Of a DNA stretch of 64,000 bases, positions 63,173-64,000 are shown piece by piece. The DNA comes from an uncultured delta proteobacterium. GTDB taxonomy: Bacteria > Desulfobacterota > Desulfobacteria > Desulfobacterales > Desulfosalsimonadaceae. Within the stretch, counting starts at the first letter, position 1. The number at the start of each line of letters is the position of its first letter. The DNA lies in assembly GCA_963826785.1 (NCBI GenBank), contig CAWGYD010000006.1, positions 128,001-192,000 of the forward strand. Reading direction: 5' to 3'. Below the pieces are notes generated by a model. The model was not told the DNA's origin. It made no database searches and saw nothing but the letters and a program-made list of their open reading frames with translations. The position numbers and the translations under genes are program-made.

Positions 63173-63471
63173 ACACCCCCCCTGCCCCCCCTCAAGGGGG
63201 GAATCAAAAAGGAGCGTCCCCAAGAGGGAATCGAAAGAGTCCTCAAAGGGGAGTCGAAAAGGGGCCTCCCACCAATCCAATCCCCCCTTGAGGGGGGCCA
63301 GGGGGGTGTCGGGGTGTCGGGGGCGTCCCCCAAAGGGAAATCGATAAAGTCCCCAAAGGGGAATCGAAAGAGTCCTCAAAGGGGAGTTGAAAGAGTGTGT
63401 CCTCAAAGGGGAGTCAAAAAGGGGCGCCCCCCCAATCCAATTCCCCCCTTGAGGGGGGCCAGGGGGGTGTC
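63173..63471. repeat. Compound C6/G6 palindromic element with internal ~22-bp tandem repeats and duplicated right arm
   Basis: Left arm ACACCCCCCCTGCCCCCCCTCAAGGGGGGAATC; about 6 units like GTCCYCAAAGGGGARTCGAAAGA; right arm TCCCCCCTTGAGGGGGGCCAGGGGGGTGTC twice. Confidence 0.82.
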
Positions 63472-63566
63472 GGGTGTCGGGTGTCGGGGGTGTTCCCCCG
63501 GCAGCTGCTGCGCGCAAATCTTGCCGCTCCACGCCGCCTAGCTGACAGTTTTACAAGGGTCATCCC

Positions 63567-64000
63567 GTGGTAAAAAGAATTATCCAGATCGTCAATCTCC
63601 TGCTGATCATGGCGGCCGTATTCTTCTGCGTAAAAGTATTCTATCTTTTCGTCGAGGCCAGGCTGCAACACCTGGATTTTAAACTCGTCTCGGTCCAGCC
63701 GACGGCCGCCGCAGAGATGAAGCCCGCCGCCCGCCCGCTGTTTGCCGATTATTCCGCCATCGTTGCACGGGACCTGTTTAAAACCGAAAAGGCGATTGAC
63801 TCAAACATCCCCGAGCCGGCCGTCGACATTGACAAACTTGAACAGACCCGCTTGAATTTGAAGCTCTGGGGGACGGTGTCGCCGAAGGATCTGGCCTCCG
63901 GACTGGCCTGGGCGGTGATCGAAGACCGCAAACTCCGGACGCAGAATCTCTACCAGGTGGGGGATACGATTCAGCAGGCAAGAATAGCCGAAATATTGCG
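63567..64000 (+). CDS. gspC: Type II secretion system protein C, N-terminal part (runs off window)
   Basis: Read manually: MVKRIIQIVNLLLIMAAVFFCV (TM)...IVARDLF...LEQTRLNLKLWGTV...AVIED...QNLYQVGDTIQQARIAEI. Confidence 0.85.
   Translation, partial: MVKRIIQIVNLLLIMAAVFFCVKVFYLFVEARLQHLDFKLVSVQPTAAAEMKPAARPLFADYSAIVARDLFKTEKAIDSNIPEPAVDIDKLEQTRLNLKLWGTVSPKDLASGLAWAVIEDRKLRTQNLYQVGDTIQQARIAEIL

Noticed and set aside
63100..63671. Short ORFs across the repeat element
   Set aside because: Low-complexity translations of the palindromic repeats

Overview
GC-rich bacterial chromosomal window, most consistent with a Desulfobacterota/deltaproteobacterial anaerobe (inferred from gene content only). 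It runs from the 3' part of an RND permease to the 5' part of T2SS gspC. It holds ordinary metabolic genes (flavoproteins, hydratases, amidohydrolases, carboxynorspermidine dehydrogenase/nspC, PhzF) and three large signalling loci: a GGDEF-like/AAA/HEAT fusion, a pseudokinase-AAA-GAF-PAS-HisK-REC protein, and an FHA/PP2C/Ser-Thr kinase/lipoprotein/adenylate cyclase-FHA cluster. It also holds a PspA-vWA-two-component locus and a porin/c-cytochrome pair. An AT-richer accessory zone (~37-48.4 kb) carries three toxin-first TA modules with apparently leaderless promoters and an integrase-less integron cassette array (two attC sites plus matching core sites). The array carries TIR, NucS-like and EVE/PD-(D/E)XK cargo, next to an HsdR_N nuclease gene. 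Intergenic regions contain a recurring C6/G6 palindromic REP/MITE-like family with locus-specific internal tandem repeats. Many genes between ~28 and 57 kb have single-base frameshifts, probably sequencing or assembly indels. No rRNA, tRNA, CRISPR array or transposase was recognised.
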